Below are positions 60,234 to 64,000 of a DNA stretch of 64,000 nucleotides, one piece after another (position 1 is the stretch's first letter; each line of letters begins with the position of its first letter). Below the pieces are notes generated by a model. The model did no database searches and was not told where the DNA came from. It saw only the letters and a program-made list of their open reading frames with translations. The DNA comes from Octopus vulgaris (taxonomy: Eukaryota): contig OX597833.1 in the NCBI GenBank assembly GCA_951406725.2, forward strand, positions 45,942,001-46,006,000, in the 5' to 3' direction. Made by a program: the position numbers and the translations under genes.

Positions 60234-62430
60234 GTTATTATTTATTTTATTGTATTTTTGTATTTATATTCGTGTAACATCGTGTGTTTTCCGTCTTTGT
60301 TTTCGTATACATTCGATGCTTTTTTCCAAGGAATCGAATGCTCTTAACTTAGTTTTTCCTTGGAGCTGGCCAGATTGGAGCAATCTCAAGATTAATCTGC
60401 CGAAATTGCGAGGATGATCCGGTTTTTGACTGAGGATAAAAGGCTTCGAATGACCCGTCCTTGTTTTTTGTATCGTCTATCTGGATGTTTTGTTGTCCCT
60501 TTTTGTATCACCTAGTTGTCTGGATGTTTTGCGTTCTTGCCCCATTTTGTATTATATATATATATGTACACACTACTTTGTTGCCTCGTTAATGCAGATA
60601 AGATGATATAATGGTAAATGTTCCTACAATATACGAAAGTAACTGACACGTCTGCCTTGCACTTTCATTATTTCATCGATTTCTTTTGATTATACACTGC
60701 AGACAATACTAATATTTATGGTCAATATTTATTATTTGTTAATCACCCATTTTAGAAAGTATTAAAGGGAAAAGTCAATACCGATAGTGTATGAATTCTG
60801 AACGGTAAAAAACATTGAACTGTATCATTCTTTCGTTGCCTTCATGCCATTGAAGTTCAGAAGTCGGGGGGGGGGGGTCTTTAAAGATGGAAAATTGAAA
60901 TAAGCTTCAAGAGCTATCATTTACCTTATGGAGAAGAAAATGGTACGGAACTGATTAAATAAAAATTTGAAAAGAAAAATTTCTTTTACAATCATAATTC
61001 TCGTTGTACGAAACAGAAATAGCAAAAACTTCCTTGTTCTTCCCCATGAATAAGATGGCTGAAACTGAAGTGTTACCTTTTTGTTTCGGTCAATTCACCT
61101 TAATTATGATAACTTCTAACGTTATGTACCAGCTACAAACATTAAAGGAAGTGTTTAGTCAACTTAAACCATTTATACACACATACACTGATCACAACAC
61201 TTGACTGATGCTTATTTTATCAATCCCAAGGGTATTTCAACTAGGCGGTGTAACTAATCTGCAAGATATTGTGCCTGGTTTTTTACTATCTCTGCTAATC
61301 TTCCTCAAACTCCCGTCTCAGTCATATCTGCAAAGGCAGAAGATTGGTTATGTCAACCACATCTTTATCAACAAAGACAACATAACGTATTTCTTCCGTT
61401 TGTGTTTAGATTTATTTTACTCCATAAGTATAAGCTTCAGATTTCTAGGAGACGATCAATTTTACACACACACACACACACACACATATATACACCTTGC
61501 ATATTGAAACCGTATGCAACAACAGTTGGGCATTTAAATACTCGGTATTGTACGATTGTCTCCGAAAATTATGACAAAATGTGACTGAAGTTTTCTTCTT
61601 TAGATGTTCTAAAAGCTATTCGGATGCATTTCTTTCGAACAGACCACATCAACCATCTGTAAAAGTCTTAGAACGGAAATAAAGAAAAAAAACCATCGAA
61701 GTCTTAATTATATTAGAGTTGATGAATTAAATACTAGAACATTCAGATCTGACGTTTGTGTTCCAGCATGGCCTTAGCCGTGCTGGCTACAAAGCAAAAG
61801 TACTATGGCATATTTGTGTATGTGTATGATGTTCAGCTATATTTTAAGGTGATTTAAACGTCCACAAACAATCTAATGCGTCGAGAAGCTTTAAAAGCAC
61901 AAAGGACCCTTACCTAACGTAACTGATACCAGAACAATAAACCCCCTACTGAGTACTGTTAGCACTTCAGTTTAACCTAAATCCATAACAGAGTCTAACA
62001 GCTATAACCAAAGAATTAAAATCAAAATCCCCGAAACTTTTATCAACATAAATCGCTCACGTTAAAATGTATAGGAAAGCGAAAACCATCCGATAAAAAC
62101 GCTGACAGCACAGTACAGGTATATATATCGCATGATGTATGTTAAATGCTTTGTACTCTAGTAGACCATATAATTACAGAGCGTGGCTGCCCCTTATGTC
62201 TATATATATATATACCATACACACACGCATATATATACACTCGTGCGCGCGCACACACATTCCTTTGTGCCCCCATATCAAGGATATCTTGAACCGGACG
62301 GCTTTGCAGTGACGCCCTTTCTCTTTCAATTTCGTTCACTCACTCCTGTCTCTCGGTGACATTAGTATATATAAACCTGTTCCTGGTTTTACAAATAAAG
62401 CACACGCACACACATACTAAAACCAGCAAA

Positions 62431-62464
<34 letters not shown>

Positions 62465-63638
62465 GGTGTGCAGTCCCTCTACTCTCTTTTGATAAACGCT
62501 TACATGAGCTGACACCAGCACCTGTTCTATTAAATTTAAGAAGATTCACGTGTAATAAGTAATATACAAGCGAATTTATTATGCTCTAGATAAGTGCAAG
62601 CCAATGCAAGCAAGCACAGCTGCATGCATGAATCTACTATGCTCTTGAACATTCATGCAAACACGGGAACAGGCGCAGACACCTTTGTCTAAAACAGTGG
62701 TTCTCAACCGGGTCCCTATAAGATTTTAAGGGAATGTCCATGCAAGCAAAAATAGTAAATTAAGGACCCTCAGAAGTAACCCTTTAACGTTCAGATTACA
62801 CTGTCAAATACTCTTTACTCTCTTTTACTTGTTTGTCATTTAACTGGCCATGCTGGAGCACCACCTTTAGTCGAGCAAATCAGCCCCAGGACTTATTTCG
62901 GTTGCAAGCTGGCAGAATCATTAACACGCCGGGCAAAATGCTTAGCAGTATTTCCTCTGCCGCTATGTTCTGAGTTCAAATTCCGCCAAGGTCGACTTTG
63001 CCTTTCATCCTTTCAAGGTCGATTAAATAAGTACCAGTTATGCACTGGAGTCGACATAATCGACTTAATCCATTTGTCTGTCCTTGTTTGTCCCCTCTGT
63101 ATTTAGCCCCTTGTGGGTAGTAAAGAAATAGGTTTTCACATTTTTTTTAGAACTTGACACTTGGGGTGATGGGGGTTGTCTGGGATGATTAGTAGTGTGT
63201 CTGAGTACTTGACACCAGAGATGTCAAGATTGAAATGTGAATCTGAAATCTGGGATGTCTACATTGAAATGTAAATACATAGTATCACATTTTCTATGTG
63301 ACACCTGTTATGTCCTGAGTTAAAAGGTGGCACTCCACACCTCATTTTTATATCCAACCTTAGAAACATTAGGACATTCAGAACATCATACTTCAGTTTT
63401 ACACCTGACACTAAAGACATCTTGTTAAAGTGTGATACATTATACCATAGGCACAGCATGGATGTGTGGTATAAGAAGTTTGCTTTCTACCCACATGGCT
63501 CCAGGTTTAGTCCCACTGTGTGGGATCTTGTGCGAGTGTCTTCTACTATAGCCTTGGGCCAACCAAAGTCTTGTAAGCGGATTTTGTAGAGAGAAACTGA
63601 AAGAAGCCCATCATGTGTGTGTATATATATATATATGT

Positions 63639-63923
63639 GGAGGCGCAATGGCCCAGTGGTTAGGGCAGCGGACTCGCGGTCGTAGGATCGCGGTTTCGAT
63701 TCCCAGGCCGGGTGTTGTGAGTGTTTATTGAGCAAAAACACCTAAAAGCTCCACGAGGCTCCGGCAGGGGGTGGTGATCCCTGCTGTACTCTTTCACCCA
63801 CTCTTTCTTCTGTTGGCCTGCTCACTTAGCCAGCGGGGTGGCGTCATTCGAAAGCTAAAACAATGCGAACGCATTGTAACCAGCGATGTGTAACAACATC
63901 TGATGGTCTGGTCGGTCACGTGA
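63639..63923 (+). mobile_element. tRNA-derived SINE family C
   Basis: A-box tggcccagtggtt, B-box gtttcgattcc, tail ctggtcggtcacgtga; tail fragment also at 25315-25410. Confidence 0.85.
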
Positions 63924-64000
63924 TATATCATGTGACATGATATATATATATACACACACACACGTGACGGGTTCACAATGAGTGGATTTGGTTTGTTTAC

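Noticed and set aside
63639-63715. tRNA gene candidate
   Set aside because: tRNA-like head continues into a SINE body repeated elsewhere; the acceptor stem does not pair

Overview
AT-rich, repeat-dense eukaryotic genomic DNA. The tRNA-derived SINEs, (GAT)n-tailed RTE repeats and heavy microsatellite load suggest a coleoid cephalopod such as Octopus (inference). Three protein-coding genes are supported. (1) An intronless SPATA24-like coiled-coil gene on the minus strand (1940-2656). (2) Head-to-head with it, a complete 7-exon ASB3-like ankyrin-repeat/SOCS-box gene (3285-30324, 1701 nt CDS, 566 aa, all GT-AG junctions in frame). (3) The first coding exon of a NUAK/ARK5-family kinase (53326-53514), whose next exon was not found in the window. 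The rest is mostly transposon-derived: several SINE families, RTE, CR1/L2-like, HERO and CRE-like LINE fragments, three Helitrons, mariner/Tc1 deletion derivatives, piggyBac-like MITEs, three Merlin-like elements with 8-bp TSDs, and a 2.2-kb (TATG/TA)n array. Nearly all remaining ORFs in the track are artefacts of repeats. The most unusual signal is a set of minimal hammerhead-ribozyme motifs of the Penelope type. In two cases they lie downstream of tRNA-like heads, and several sit in fold-back (inverted) configurations. Homology calls are by eye from remembered family motifs; no database search was run.
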